Part shown: positions 9,483-19,890 of the stretch, piece by piece
Position numbering within the stretch: the stretch's first letter is position 1
Layout of the letters: the number at the start of each line of letters is the position of its first letter
Assembly (NCBI GenBank): GCA_035601575.1
Contig: DATNNZ010000051.1
Location: 2,148-66,147 of the forward strand
Direction of reading: 5' to 3'
Length of the DNA: 64,000 nucleotides
From: Chthoniobacterales bacterium
GTDB taxonomy: Bacteria; Verrucomicrobiota; Verrucomicrobiia; Chthoniobacterales; JAFAMB01
Translations under genes and position numbers: made by a program
The notes under the pieces: generated by a model
What the model saw: only the letters and a program-made list of their open reading frames with translations
Database searches by the model: none
Told to the model about the DNA's origin: nothing

Positions 9483-10538
9483 TCAAGAACTTGGTTTTTG
9501 AATTCCGGCGGGAGTCGTTCTGACCTCCGCTACCGGAGGTATCGCTTTGCGGCTGCGGATTTGCAGCAGGAGATTGGCAAGCAAGATGAGTCCGCCACCG
9601 GACACAACGGTTAACGAGAACCGTTCGTTAGCGTAATCAATGTGAGCCAGCACGCTGAGCTGAGCCGGTAGAAAGAGAGCGAACACCGTCGTAAACAGCG
9701 GCTCAGTCGTATACACGATGCCTGCTTCCGTTGAGTTAATCGCCGGCTGGCAATGGTTCATGAGATTAAAGGCAAGCAGCGTACAGAAAAATACGAGTAA
9801 GAAGGTGAGGAAGATTTTCGGAAACGAATCAATCGCAGTTGCGTAATTCATTCGCTCGGGCCGGGTACAAAGTGCGGCCAAACCGAAGATCAAGCCCATC
9901 GACAGAAACATTGTTGTCGAGACCATGCGAGTTCGATTCGGGCGAAAGACCGGTCTTTCCAACCAGAGGATTTGGAAGGTGAAGAACACTGCGCTAACGA
10001 GAGTCTCTAATTCACCTCGGCCAATTCGGAACGTACTCCAATCCATATTGGCCAGAATCCCGATGCCGGTAACCACCATGAAAATGGCCAATAGATCGCG
10101 GAATCCGGGTGCCGTCCGGTTGCGTGAGAAATGATAGAGCGGCAGAAGGATGCAATAGGCTTGGGCAAGGAATGCGGATATCGATGCGGAAGTGTAGGCG
10201 AGGCCATCCATTTGAAAGAGCATTCCTGCTCCGCCGCAGAGTCCGAGACCCACTCCCTGGATAACTTCGCGTTCGCGAAGGCTACGGAGTTCCCTCCAGC
10301 CGAAAGGTAGCATTAGCAGGCCGGCGAGAAGAAAACGAATACTTCCTTGAAGGCTGACGACGAACCAGCTTGAGGCTGCAGGCATTGATTGTAAGTACAG
10401 CAACGTCAAAGCCTTGCTGACCGGGAAACTGATACCCCAAAACAGACATGCCAAAACCAAAAGCAGAATGGCCTTTCGGTGATTCAATCCGGCGGCATCC
10501 AGCCTGGTTGCCGCGGCAATATCGCTAACCTGAGCCAT
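9483..10538 (-). CDS. DMT superfamily (EamA-like) transporter
   Basis: About ten hydrophobic segments arranged as two EamA-like halves. Confidence 0.7.
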   Translation of the reverse strand: MAQVSDIAAATRLDAAGLNHRKAILLLVLACLFWGISFPVSKALTLLYLQSMPAASSWFVVSLQGSIRFLLAGLLMLPFGWRELRSLREREVIQGVGLGLCGGAGMLFQMDGLAYTSASISAFLAQAYCILLPLYHFSRNRTAPGFRDLLAIFMVVTGIGILANMDWSTFRIGRGELETLVSAVFFTFQILWLERPVFRPNRTRMVSTTMFLSMGLIFGLAALCTRPERMNYATAIDSFPKIFLTFLLVFFCTLLAFNLMNHCQPAINSTEAGIVYTTEPLFTTVFALFLPAQLSVLAHIDYANERFSLTVVSGGGLILLANLLLQIRSRKAIPPVAEVRTTPAGIQKPSS

Positions 10539-10627
10539 CGTGGACCGGCACAGAACGAGATGAACCGTTCCTGGTCAAGAGGAGGATTCGGCGAAGTTGC
10601 GCGACCCATGAGACCCATTGAGGCAAT

Positions 10628-11707
10628 TCACAACCCCAGCGACAACTGATTCTTCTCCACTCGCCGGAAGGCGTCACAACTCAAGTGTAGATCTCGTTCA
10701 TTTAACCCAAATCTTCGGCTGGCGACCTCAAACAGCCGTCGAATCTGTTCGGCCAGTAACCCTTCGCCGCGCATCCGTTGGCCAAACTGAGGGGAATTTA
10801 GCTTTCCATTGCGCATCGAGCGAATTCGTCCAAGCACCGCATCAGCCCGGTCGGGGAAATGCGATCTGAGCCACGCGGGGAAAATTTCGGAAACTGCAAA
10901 GGGCAGTCGCACAATAGTATAGTGCGCGCAGCGAGCGCCAGCCTCGGCCGCAGCTTCAATGATGCGTGGAATCTCATGGTCGTTAAGGCCGGGAATGATG
11001 GGCGCAACGTTCACGCCGACGGGAATATCGGCTTGCGCGAGCTCGCGCACAGCAGCCAGCCGGGCACGGGGAGTCGAAGCTCTTGGCTCCAGTTTTGCGG
11101 CGAGATCTGCCTCGAGCGTAGTGATGGATAAGGTAACAATTGCCGCGCGGTGGCGGGCGAGGCATTGCAGGAGGTCAATGTCACGCGTTACCAGAAAGTT
11201 TTTGGTTACGATCGCGACCGGATTGCGAAACTCGGCCAAGACCTCTAAACACGACCTTGTCAATCTGAGCTTCCGTTCAATCGGCTGGTAACAGTCAGTC
11301 ACCCCGCTCAGCACCACAACCTGGGGTCTCCAATTCCGGTTGCTCAGTTCGGCGCGAAGCAGCGGTCCCGCTTTCAGCTTCACGAGGATCTTAGATTCGA
11401 AATCCAGTCCCGCCGAAAACCCGAGGTATTCGTGGGTGGGTCTTGCATAACAGTAGGCGCAGCCATGCTCGCATCCGCGGTACGGGTTCACGCTCGTCTC
11501 GAAGCCAACATCGGGACTGTTGTTTCGGGATATGATCGACTGGGTGTCGTCATGGAAGAATTCGGTTGGTACCGGGCGGGCATCCTCCACAGCGCTGAAT
11601 TCATCCTGCTCGTAATGTAGAGCCGTAAACCGATCGGTCGGATTTATGGTGGCTCCGCGACCGCGAGGTCCAGGCCGGTTTGGGGAATGGTCGGCACCGA
11701 AGCTCAT
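10628..11707 (-). CDS. radical SAM protein, PA0069-like family
   Basis: NPYRGCEHGCAYCYARPTHEYLG (CxxxCxxC) cluster motif. The overall length and order match the PA0069/SPL-like group as I recall it. Confidence 0.75.
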   Translation of the reverse strand: MSFGADHSPNRPGPRGRGATINPTDRFTALHYEQDEFSAVEDARPVPTEFFHDDTQSIISRNNSPDVGFETSVNPYRGCEHGCAYCYARPTHEYLGFSAGLDFESKILVKLKAGPLLRAELSNRNWRPQVVVLSGVTDCYQPIERKLRLTRSCLEVLAEFRNPVAIVTKNFLVTRDIDLLQCLARHRAAIVTLSITTLEADLAAKLEPRASTPRARLAAVRELAQADIPVGVNVAPIIPGLNDHEIPRIIEAAAEAGARCAHYTIVRLPFAVSEIFPAWLRSHFPDRADAVLGRIRSMRNGKLNSPQFGQRMRGEGLLAEQIRRLFEVASRRFGLNERDLHLSCDAFRRVEKNQLSLGL

Positions 11708-11922
11708 GGGGGAAGGATGGACCGAGAATGGATTATGTTCAAGTGAACATGTTTAGTTTCGCAAAAGTAGCCACATCCCAAGGCCCGCTGTCGCTAGGCG
11801 ACAGCTTTGCGGTGGGTCCCGGCTCAAACAGGCGCTCGAGGCGCTAGGCGTCTTTGAACCCGACTTTCTTGGATCTTTTAAGCCGGCAGTGCAGCTCCCT
11901 GAGGCAGGAGCATCAGGCTGCG

Positions 11923-12837
11923 TCAATTCTCTGCTACCCTGGATGAACCAGCGGGCGATACATCCAAGGGTCGTACGACCATGATGCCGGCAAATCTATG
12001 ATATCGATAGACGTATTGGTGGATCGGAACATCGATGACGACGCGCCGCGCATCCTTTGATGCGTGCATAAAATGAACGACTCCAACGCCGTCACGATAA
12101 GCCAGCCCGACATGCTCGGTGAAACCCTCCGGTCCCCGACCAGTAATGCAGATCACGTCACCGCTACGAATCTTTGATTCACTCTGCGAGACTCGCTCAC
12201 GCGGGATGTGGTAGATCGTGCGAGAGGCAATGCGCTGTTCGATTGCGGCGATTTGCGGCACCAGGGCAACATTGTGACGCATATACCGGGACTCACGCCA
12301 ATGGTGGCTCATTTCGGTGAGGTAGCGTCCGCGCATGGGCACGCCCCCGAGTGCGACGGACAAATTCTTGACCAGTCCGCGTCGCTCATTGTCGTAAATC
12401 CAGTCCTCAAGAAAATGCAGGCGGGATGTGTAGCTACCGTCGCAGCGGCCACCACGGTAACGGTCCAGTTCGATCATCCCGAGTAAGTCACTTGGGGTGT
12501 AGTTGCCACTCTTCATTTCCAACATTCGAGCGAACCCGACGGAGATTTCGAAAAACGTCCAACAGTCAAGCCCGTCCATGTCCACCGATGGCGCCTCGAT
12601 ATGGTCGTCGATTTCCAAGGTATAATTCAGGTAGTGAGTTCCTAGAAAGCTCTTTGCTACCGCAATGATTCGTTCGCCGAGAGGCAATGCGCGCCAGTTT
12701 TGGCGTTCTGCCTCTGCTGCCAGGGCGTAAAACCGTGATTGGCCGCGGAACAGGGTCGACAAAGGCAAGCTGCTAGCCTTAGCTGTCAACCCGATCGAAA
12801 ACGACAGAAGGGCTATCAAAAGGACCGGCGAACGCAT
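11923..12837 (-). CDS. secreted N-acetylmuramoyl-L-alanine amidase-like (DUF1460-like) protein
   Basis: The internal start MRSPVLLIALLSFSIGLTAKA gives a signal peptide, so the track ORF extending to 12948 is probably over-extended. The family call rests on general resemblance only. Confidence 0.5.
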   Translation of the reverse strand: MRSPVLLIALLSFSIGLTAKASSLPLSTLFRGQSRFYALAAEAERQNWRALPLGERIIAVAKSFLGTHYLNYTLEIDDHIEAPSVDMDGLDCWTFFEISVGFARMLEMKSGNYTPSDLLGMIELDRYRGGRCDGSYTSRLHFLEDWIYDNERRGLVKNLSVALGGVPMRGRYLTEMSHHWRESRYMRHNVALVPQIAAIEQRIASRTIYHIPRERVSQSESKIRSGDVICITGRGPEGFTEHVGLAYRDGVGVVHFMHASKDARRVVIDVPIHQYVYRYHRFAGIMVVRPLDVSPAGSSRVAEN

Positions 12838-13201
12838 CTTACTATTTTGCAATATTCGGTCGAATGAGCCAGCAGATTTACTACATGGCCGAAATAGTCG
12901 GTAGCGGAACGCCGGGAACGCCGACTTGCCCGACGACTTGTCCGCCAAAGCTTTAGCGAAGGTGGAAGCTTCCGGAGTTTCGAACGACGGGCGAAGTCGG
13001 GGAACGCCCCGAACTCAATCTGAGCGATTAGTGATTCGGAAAGCCGGCAAACTCGGAATTTTGATGGAGAAAGAAAAACGAACCTACGTACTGGTTGCAG
13101 GCTGCCAATCCGTTACCGGCGCTACCGGCGTTCTCGGCGATGCCGGCGTTATCCTGCTGGCTCCTGGCTTCTAAATTCTGGATTCTGATTTACCTTCCCG
13201 C

Positions 13202-13654
13202 ATGACGCTCCAAGAAAAGATCGATTCGGATCTAAAAGAGGCGATGAAGGCTAAAGAGGCAGAACGGTTATCCGTACTCCGTATGGTTAAATCGGCGATG
13301 ATGAACGTTGCTATCGAAAAACATGGCGCCGGAGGTAAGTTAGCGGATTCTGACGCGATCGCCGTCCTCCGGAAACAAGTGAAACAGAGGCAGGATTCGG
13401 TGGCTGGATTTGAAAAAGGAGGTCGTCCGGAACTAGCGGAAAAGGAGCGGAGAGAGATTGGAATTCTTTCGAGTTATTTACCGCAGCCGTTGACGGCTGA
13501 AGAGGTAGCCAGCATTGTGCAGATAGCGATTGCGGAGTCCGGTGCATCGTCCAAGGCGCAAATGGGCCAGGTTATGAAGATCGTGAACGAGAAAGCGGCT
13601 GGACGAGCGGATGGCAGAACTTTAAGTGAGGCGGTCCAAAAGGCGTTAGGTTAA
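13202..13654 (+). CDS. yqeY: GatB/YqeY domain protein
   Basis: MTLQEKIDSDLKEAMKAKE..LSVLRM..E..ILSSYLP, a typical YqeY sequence. Confidence 0.88.
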   Translation: MTLQEKIDSDLKEAMKAKEAERLSVLRMVKSAMMNVAIEKHGAGGKLADSDAIAVLRKQVKQRQDSVAGFEKGGRPELAEKERREIGILSSYLPQPLTAEEVASIVQIAIAESGASSKAQMGQVMKIVNEKAAGRADGRTLSEAVQKALG

Positions 13655-13731
13655 CTGTTATTTCTCTCGAATGATTCACGAATATCCGGTTCGATCCAAC
13701 GCTCTCTGAACCAAGGAAGGGTTGGCACGTC

Positions 13732-14418
13732 ATGACATCTGCGATCGTCGTTGCCGCTGGGACTAGCCAGCGGATGGGATTTGATAAGCTGACAGCCAAA
13801 TTGGCCGGATGCCCGGTTTTTATTCGTACCCTCCAACGATTCGAAATTTGTTCGGATGTGAAAGAAATTATCCTGGTAGTTCACCCCGACCGCTTGAAGC
13901 AATTCGGCTCATTGGTTGCCGATTTTGGTTTAAGCAAAGTCAATCGAGTGGTCGCGGGCGGGGAGCAGCGCTATCTTTCGGTGGCTGCTGGTCTGCAGGC
14001 AACAAGCCCGGCCGTCGACCTAATTGCGGTTCACGACGGTGCGCGACCGCTCATTTCGCCAGATGTGATCGCGCTGGCCATTCGGGAAGCTAGTGCGTGT
14101 GGCGCGGTCTCGGTGGCGGCGCCAATCGTCGAAACGCTCAAGCGGGCTGACGAAGAACAGCGAGTCGTCGGAAGCGTGGAGAGGGTCGGTTTGTGGACGA
14201 TGCAAACCCCACAAGTCTTTCGGCGCGAATGGCTGATTCGAGCGTATGAGGCGGTGCTGGCCGGCGGCATCCCAGTGACCGATGAGGTTTCCGCTATCCA
14301 AACAGCAGGTTTTCCAGTGAAGCTATTGACGAATCCAGGTTGGAATCTAAAGATAACCTACCCAAGAGACCTAGATTTGGCGCAAATCTTGTTCAATTTG
14401 GAATCTAGTAATGTGTGA
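13732..14418 (+). CDS. ispD: 2-C-methyl-D-erythritol 4-phosphate cytidylyltransferase
   Basis: AIVVAAGTSQRMG N-terminus, VHDGARP, and ETLKRA motifs. Confidence 0.9.
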   Translation: MTSAIVVAAGTSQRMGFDKLTAKLAGCPVFIRTLQRFEICSDVKEIILVVHPDRLKQFGSLVADFGLSKVNRVVAGGEQRYLSVAAGLQATSPAVDLIAVHDGARPLISPDVIALAIREASACGAVSVAAPIVETLKRADEEQRVVGSVERVGLWTMQTPQVFRREWLIRAYEAVLAGGIPVTDEVSAIQTAGFPVKLLTNPGWNLKITYPRDLDLAQILFNLESSNV

Positions 14419-14466
14419 TAAAAGGGTGGGACTGTTTTTACGTTCCCCCCACTCGGTGACCGTCTG

Positions 14467-15738
14467 ATGCTTTATCGAACCAGTAGACTGAAAAACGGGG
14501 TGCGGATCGCTACCTGCGAAATGCCGCAAATGAAAAGTGTCAGCGTTGGCGTTTGGGTCGGAGTCGGCGGTCGACACGAACCTGAGCAGCTCTGCGGCAT
14601 CTCTCATTTTCTGGAGCACCTTTTGTTCAAAGGAACTGAGACGAGGTCTGCTCGCAATCTCACGGAGGCGATCGAAGGATTGGGTGGATTTATCAATGCT
14701 TTCACCACCGAAGATCACACCTGTTTCTATGCGAAAGCGGCCGCACCGCACCTTCCGGTTCTAGCGGAAGTTCTGATCGACATGTTCCGGAATTCTCTAT
14801 TTGCGGAGACTGAGATCGAGCGTGAACGAGACGTTATTCGCGAAGAAATTCTGATGTACCGGGATCAACCGGCCCAATTTTCGCAGGAGTTATTGAGCGA
14901 GGCGATTTGGCCTGCTCACGCCTTGGGTCGACCTTTGACTGGTTCGCTGGAGTCGATAGGGAGAATTCGACGACCGGAGTTGCTCGAATACGTACAGCGC
15001 AATTACAACGGCCGCAGCACGGTCGTTACGGTCGCCGGAAAGTGCCGGCATGACGATGTAGTCGAAATGTTCGGGAGCGGCTTGGAAGACCTGCCGATCG
15101 GCGCAGCCCCGGAGTTTGATCCCTGGAATGGTTCGAAAAGGAACAAACGCCTGATTGTAGCCACGGACGATACAGAACAGACCCATCTGGCGCTCGGCTA
15201 TCATGCGATCAGTCGAACTGATGATCGACGGCATGCCTTGAAACTGCTCAGTGTCATTCTTGGCGAAAACATGAGTTCGCGATTGTTTCAACAACTGCGT
15301 GAGCGGTACGCTTTCTGTTATTCGATCAACAGCGGCACCTTGGTGTTGGAGGACTCCGGTCTGGTGAGCATCTGCGTCGGGCTTGAATCAGTCAAACTGC
15401 GGCGGGCGTTGCGGGCGATTAATCGGGAGCTGGAAAAGTTCCGGGAACGGCCGCCGACCAAAAAAGAGCTGCGGCAAGCGCAGGAGTACACATTGGGGCA
15501 GAATGAGCTCAGCCTTGAGAGTACGACCAATCAGATAATGTGGATGGGTGAATCGCTGATAGCCTACGATTACGTAATCGACCCGGAAGAGGTACAAACC
15601 AAGGTAAAGGGTGTTACTCCTGAGACAGTTCAATCCGTGGCTCGGCTGTGCTTTTGTCCTGAGCGTATGGGAATCGCGGTGGTAGGCGCGGTGAAAGAAG
15701 ATAACGTCCAACGCTGGTTGTCGGAAAACGAGATGTGA
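14467..15738 (+). CDS. M16 family (pitrilysin/insulinase-like) zinc peptidase
   Basis: Inverted zinc motif HFLEHLLFKGT and a downstream E in NAFTTED. Confidence 0.88.
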   Translation: MLYRTSRLKNGVRIATCEMPQMKSVSVGVWVGVGGRHEPEQLCGISHFLEHLLFKGTETRSARNLTEAIEGLGGFINAFTTEDHTCFYAKAAAPHLPVLAEVLIDMFRNSLFAETEIERERDVIREEILMYRDQPAQFSQELLSEAIWPAHALGRPLTGSLESIGRIRRPELLEYVQRNYNGRSTVVTVAGKCRHDDVVEMFGSGLEDLPIGAAPEFDPWNGSKRNKRLIVATDDTEQTHLALGYHAISRTDDRRHALKLLSVILGENMSSRLFQQLRERYAFCYSINSGTLVLEDSGLVSICVGLESVKLRRALRAINRELEKFRERPPTKKELRQAQEYTLGQNELSLESTTNQIMWMGESLIAYDYVIDPEEVQTKVKGVTPETVQSVARLCFCPERMGIAVVGAVKEDNVQRWLSENEM

Positions 15739-15804
15739 GGACCCTAGGGACGCCGACTTGATGGCTAGGCCGAACCGGATTAGCGTCGGGTTTCTTCTGA
15801 TCTC

Positions 15805-17124
15805 ATGAACGTCGAAGTAGAACAGTTACCCAATTGCCTGGCGTCTATCCACGTGGAACTCCCACCGGAGCGGGTCAAGCAGGAGTGGAGCGAAATAGTG
15901 AAAGGATTCCGCCAGGCGGCGCGCATCCCCGGGTTTCGACCCGGTAAGGCGCCTCAAAGTGTAGTGGAGGCCAAATACCGGAAAGAAATTCAGGAAGAGC
16001 TCACCCGTAAGCTCGTCCAGGAGACGACCAGAGAAGCGATCAAGGAAAAAGGACTGAAGGTCTTGTCGGTGTCTAATGTTGACGATGTTGAGTTTACGCC
16101 GGAACGCAGCATGCGTTTTACCGCCACCCTGATAACCACTCCTGAGTTCGAGTTGCCGGAATACAAGCGTATCCAGGTCAAAGCGCAGAGCACCGAGGTT
16201 ACCGAGGAAGAAGTGGACTCTGCATTGGATCGGCTCCGGGAACGTCACGCGACATTTAGCGAACTGGAGGGTCAGTCGCTGGAAATCGGCAGCTTTGCCG
16301 TGATTGACTTTACGACCGCGGTAGACGGACAGCCTTTATTGGAAGCGTTTCCCGATGCGCCGAAAATGTTGAGTGGTAATAGCGACTTCTGGATCCGGGC
16401 CGAGGACGACATTTTATTGCCAGGATTTGGACCATCTTTGGTTGGGATGCAGATTGGCGAGATTCGCGAATTTGATCTGCCGGTTCCAGATAAGTTTCCG
16501 ACGGCCAGTTTAGCAGGGAAATTGATTCATTTCCGAGTCACTTTGAAAGCGCTGAAAAGGATGGATCTGCCGGAGTTAAATGATGAGTTTGCTACTCAGG
16601 TGGGCGAAGGTTTAACGGTCGGGAAATTGCGCGATTTGGTACGAGCAAGGTTGCAGGAGGAGCGCGCGAAGGCGGTAAATGCGGAAAAACGAACTCAAAT
16701 CGTCGACTATCTGGTGAAGAACGTTGAGTGCGAATTGCCGCAAACTTATGTCAGAGACGAAACGCGGCGGATCATGTCCGAGATCGTCGAACACAATCAA
16801 CAACGGGGGATAAGTGAGGAATTGTTGCGGGAGAGCGGAAAGGAGATCGTCGATACGGCGTCGCGCAGCGCCAAGGACCGGCTCAAGGCAAGCTTTATTT
16901 TGACCCGAATCGGCGAAAAGGAGAAGATTGAGGTTAGTCCGAATGATCTAAAACAGCGAGTGGCAGAACTTGCGACCCAGTACCGTATGACTTTTGAAAA
17001 GGCGATGTCTGAACTCGACCGGAAGGGCGCGATTCCGCAGATCTATGAAGAGATCCAGATCGGCAAGGTCCTTGATTTCCTGACCTCGAATGCTACCGTC
17101 GACCACAGCTCGGAAACCTCCTAG
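15805..17124 (+). CDS. tig: trigger factor
   Basis: N-terminal GFRPGKAP ribosome-binding motif and a central FKBP-type PPIase region. Sits in tig-clpP-clpX order. Confidence 0.93.
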   Translation: MNVEVEQLPNCLASIHVELPPERVKQEWSEIVKGFRQAARIPGFRPGKAPQSVVEAKYRKEIQEELTRKLVQETTREAIKEKGLKVLSVSNVDDVEFTPERSMRFTATLITTPEFELPEYKRIQVKAQSTEVTEEEVDSALDRLRERHATFSELEGQSLEIGSFAVIDFTTAVDGQPLLEAFPDAPKMLSGNSDFWIRAEDDILLPGFGPSLVGMQIGEIREFDLPVPDKFPTASLAGKLIHFRVTLKALKRMDLPELNDEFATQVGEGLTVGKLRDLVRARLQEERAKAVNAEKRTQIVDYLVKNVECELPQTYVRDETRRIMSEIVEHNQQRGISEELLRESGKEIVDTASRSAKDRLKASFILTRIGEKEKIEVSPNDLKQRVAELATQYRMTFEKAMSELDRKGAIPQIYEEIQIGKVLDFLTSNATVDHSSETS

Positions 17125-17149
17125 GAAGCTGCTTTAGAAGACCAAGCGA

Positions 17150-17815
17150 ATGTCCAACATCGTTTACACTCCGCACAGCAACTATTACCCTCCAACAGTT
17201 ATCGAACGGGACGGAAATCAGGAAAGAGGGTACGATATTTATAGCCGATTGCTCAAAGATCGCATCGTTTTCATCGGCACTCCGATCGATGATTTCGTAG
17301 CAAACAGCGTCGTTGCGCAACTGCTGTTTCTGCAGATGCAGGATCCCAAGCGTGATATCAACCTTTACATCAATTCCCCCGGTGGCTCGGTTACCGCCGG
17401 TCTCGCGATTTACGATACGATGCAGTTTGTGACCTGCGATGTTGCCACCTACTGTATGGGTATCGCGGCGAGCATGGGAGCCGTTTTGCTTGCAGCCGGC
17501 ACCCAAGGAAAGCGCTACGCTTTGCCGAACTCGGATATCATGATTCACCAGGTTTCCGGCGGAGCTCAAGGTACGGCCAGCGATGTGGAGCGAACGGTTG
17601 AGTGGATGTTCAAGATTAAGCGCCGGCTGATCCACATCCTCTCGGCTCACACCGGCAAATCAGACGAACAGGTGCAGATTGATTCCGATCGAGATTACTG
17701 GATGTCCGCGGATGAGGCGAAGGCTTACGGGTTAGTCGACGAGGTTGTGAAATCTCGCAAAGATGTTCGCGCGGATCTGCTTCCACAGAACACCGGGAGT
17801 GTGGTACCTTCCTGA
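17150..17815 (+). CDS. clpP: ATP-dependent Clp protease proteolytic subunit
   Basis: [24 protein letters not shown] (catalytic Ser), IMIHQ (His) and RDYWMSA (Asp) motifs. Confidence 0.95.
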   Translation: MSNIVYTPHSNYYPPTVIERDGNQERGYDIYSRLLKDRIVFIGTPIDDFVANSVVAQLLFLQMQDPKRDINLYINSPGGSVTAGLAIYDTMQFVTCDVATYCMGIAASMGAVLLAAGTQGKRYALPNSDIMIHQVSGGAQGTASDVERTVEWMFKIKRRLIHILSAHTGKSDEQVQIDSDRDYWMSADEAKAYGLVDEVVKSRKDVRADLLPQNTGSVVPS

Positions 17816-17843
17816 GGTCGTGAAATTCAGTTGCTGACGTAAG

Positions 17844-19112
17844 ATGGCTCGGGCTTCCAATCTCACCATGTGCTCTTTCTGTGGCAAAAGCCACGCGGAG
17901 GTGCGCAAGCTTATTGCCGGCCCTGGCGTCTATATTTGCGACAATTGTATCAATGTCTGTAAGGGTATCCTCGACAAAGAGCTCAATGAAGACGCCCGTC
18001 GCCAAACGACGACGCTCCGCGTGCCGAAGCCGGCGGAAATCCGGCGGCAACTCGATCAGTACGTTATTGGTCAGGACGGAGCCAAAAAGGTGCTTTCGGT
18101 AGCGGTACATAACCACTACAAACGCATTTTAAATTCTGGTGGGGGGAAGGATTTGGCGCTTGATCCTTATGCCGACGTGGAAATTGAGAAGAGCAATATT
18201 CTCCTTATCGGACCGACCGGTTGCGGGAAAACGCTATTGGCGCGCACGCTGGCTCGCATCCTCGATGTACCATTTTGCATCGCTGATGCTACGACGCTGA
18301 CAGAGGCTGGTTACGTCGGAGAGGATGTCGAAAACATCATTTTGCGGCTGCTGCAGAACGCTGACTACGATGTGAAGCGGGCCGAGATCGGAATCGTTTA
18401 TATTGACGAGATCGACAAGATCGGCCGCAAAACGGATAATGTCAGTATCACGCGCGACGTCTCGGGCGAAGGCGTACAGCAGGCTTTGCTTAAGATTCTT
18501 GAAGGCAGTAGTTGCAATGTACCTCCTCAGGGCGGCCGCAAACACCCGCATCAAGAATATATCCAGGTAAATACCGAGAAGATTCTGTTTATCTGCGGAG
18601 GCGCTTTCGTTGGTCTTGATCGCATTATCAATCGGCGGTTAGGTAATCGAGTTCTCGGATTTCAGGCCGCCATGTCCAGTACGTCCACCGTGCAAATGCA
18701 CGAGGTGCTGCGATATACTGAACCGGAAGATCTCCTCTCGTTCGGCATGATCCCCGAGTTTATCGGGCGACTACCGGTGGTCTCTGCATTGGACGCTTTG
18801 ACCGAGGACGAGCTGATGCTGATTTTGACCGACACGCGGAACGCGATGGTCAAGCAATATACCAAGTTATTGGCAATGGAGGGAGCCAATCTGGTCGTAA
18901 CGAAAGATGCGCTACGAGCCATGGCGCAACAGGCGGCCACCAAAGGGACCGGGGCTCGGGCTCTTCGCTCAATGTTTGAGAAGATAATGCTTGATGTGAT
19001 GTACGACGTTCCCAGTCGCGAAGATGTTGCAGACGTCGTCATCAATCGTGCGGTGGTAGAAGGCAAGCGCGCACCTTTGATTCGTCGCAAACAAGATAAA
19101 GATGCGGCGTGA
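17844..19112 (+). CDS. clpX: ATP-dependent Clp protease ATP-binding subunit ClpX
   Basis: Zinc ribbon CSFCGKS..CDNC, Walker A GPTGCGKT, Walker B VYIDEIDK, and an IGF-type loop (LGF in this sequence). Confidence 0.96.
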   Translation: MARASNLTMCSFCGKSHAEVRKLIAGPGVYICDNCINVCKGILDKELNEDARRQTTTLRVPKPAEIRRQLDQYVIGQDGAKKVLSVAVHNHYKRILNSGGGKDLALDPYADVEIEKSNILLIGPTGCGKTLLARTLARILDVPFCIADATTLTEAGYVGEDVENIILRLLQNADYDVKRAEIGIVYIDEIDKIGRKTDNVSITRDVSGEGVQQALLKILEGSSCNVPPQGGRKHPHQEYIQVNTEKILFICGGAFVGLDRIINRRLGNRVLGFQAAMSSTSTVQMHEVLRYTEPEDLLSFGMIPEFIGRLPVVSALDALTEDELMLILTDTRNAMVKQYTKLLAMEGANLVVTKDALRAMAQQAATKGTGARALRSMFEKIMLDVMYDVPSREDVADVVINRAVVEGKRAPLIRRKQDKDAA

Positions 19113-19308
19113 GTTTCGGGCCTGCTGAACCTAGTGCACCAAGTCTGAGGCTCGTGCAGCAGCCCTTCGGGTTGGGTTGGCGCACTAAGGCTTGGGCAGC
19201 ATTCGAATTTCTTTTCCCCACCTTGTCCGCTCGCAACTGATAGATTAGTCTCGAGTGAACCGCCTTCCCGGCAGTTCAAACGTCAGTAGTTCGTTGGTTT
19301 GAACGCAA

Positions 19309-19731
19309 ATGGCCCAGTTCGAGTATACCCGACGGTGGATCGCGATCGCTTGCTGCGTTGCCCTCTTTTGCAGCTGTCAAAAGGCTCCGAAGGATAGCGA
19401 CGAAGAACTCATTCACGGGTTAGTCGGAACTTGGGTTACCGATGAATCAGGAGGTAATTACCGCTTTTACGGAGAGAACAGTTTCCATCGCGACGGCATG
19501 CATTCAGCCGACGAAGTGATGCACGCCGATGGCGGTACGACAAAGTGGAGCTTCTCCGGTATGTGGGACGTGCGCGGCGGAAAGTTGCTCGCATCCGGTG
19601 AAGTTTCCCGAAGCGATTCGGCCGCAGTTGAAACTTACCAGGTCGAGGAAAAAATTGAGAGTCTGACCAGCGACGAACTAGTGCTCGTGAGCGCGAATGG
19701 GACCCGGTTGGTCCGACATCGCAAGAGATGA
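19309..19731 (+). CDS. hypothetical lipoprotein
   Basis: Lipobox-like ALFCSC after a signal peptide. No recognisable domain. Confidence 0.5.
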   Translation: MAQFEYTRRWIAIACCVALFCSCQKAPKDSDEELIHGLVGTWVTDESGGNYRFYGENSFHRDGMHSADEVMHADGGTTKWSFSGMWDVRGGKLLASGEVSRSDSAAVETYQVEEKIESLTSDELVLVSANGTRLVRHRKR

Positions 19732-19890
19732 CCGGGCTAACGTTATCCCGAATGGCGAGGATCATTCCGATGGTACTGCTGCTTTCTTGGCCCCTCTTGT
19801 GAACCGCGCAAACCAGACAGTTTGGGCGACAAAAGCAGTGGGGAACTCGCTAGCTTCGGTCGGGACGTGTGGTAGGATGCTGGCGGAATT

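Noticed and set aside
11780-11850. Hairpins gctgtcgc-tag-gcgacagc (11787-11805) and ggcgctcgaggcgc between the DUF1460-like and radical SAM genes, considered as intrinsic terminators.
   Set aside because: On the transcribed (minus) strand they are not followed by a U-tract, and the loop of the first is only 3 nt. I recorded them as structures only.
12926-13174. 82-aa plus-strand ORF upstream of yqeY.
   Set aside because: There is no motif, it contains the 9-bp tandem tract, and it begins inside the over-extended end of the neighbouring minus-strand ORF. Coding status is unsupported.
13640-13720. tRNA-like T-loop word ggttcgatcc at ~13688. I also scanned the window generally for tRNA, rRNA, tmRNA, SRP RNA and RNase P hallmarks.
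   Set aside because: No complementary T-stem or acceptor stem surrounds the word. No convincing structured-RNA hallmark was found anywhere by eye, although a covariance-model scan was not possible.
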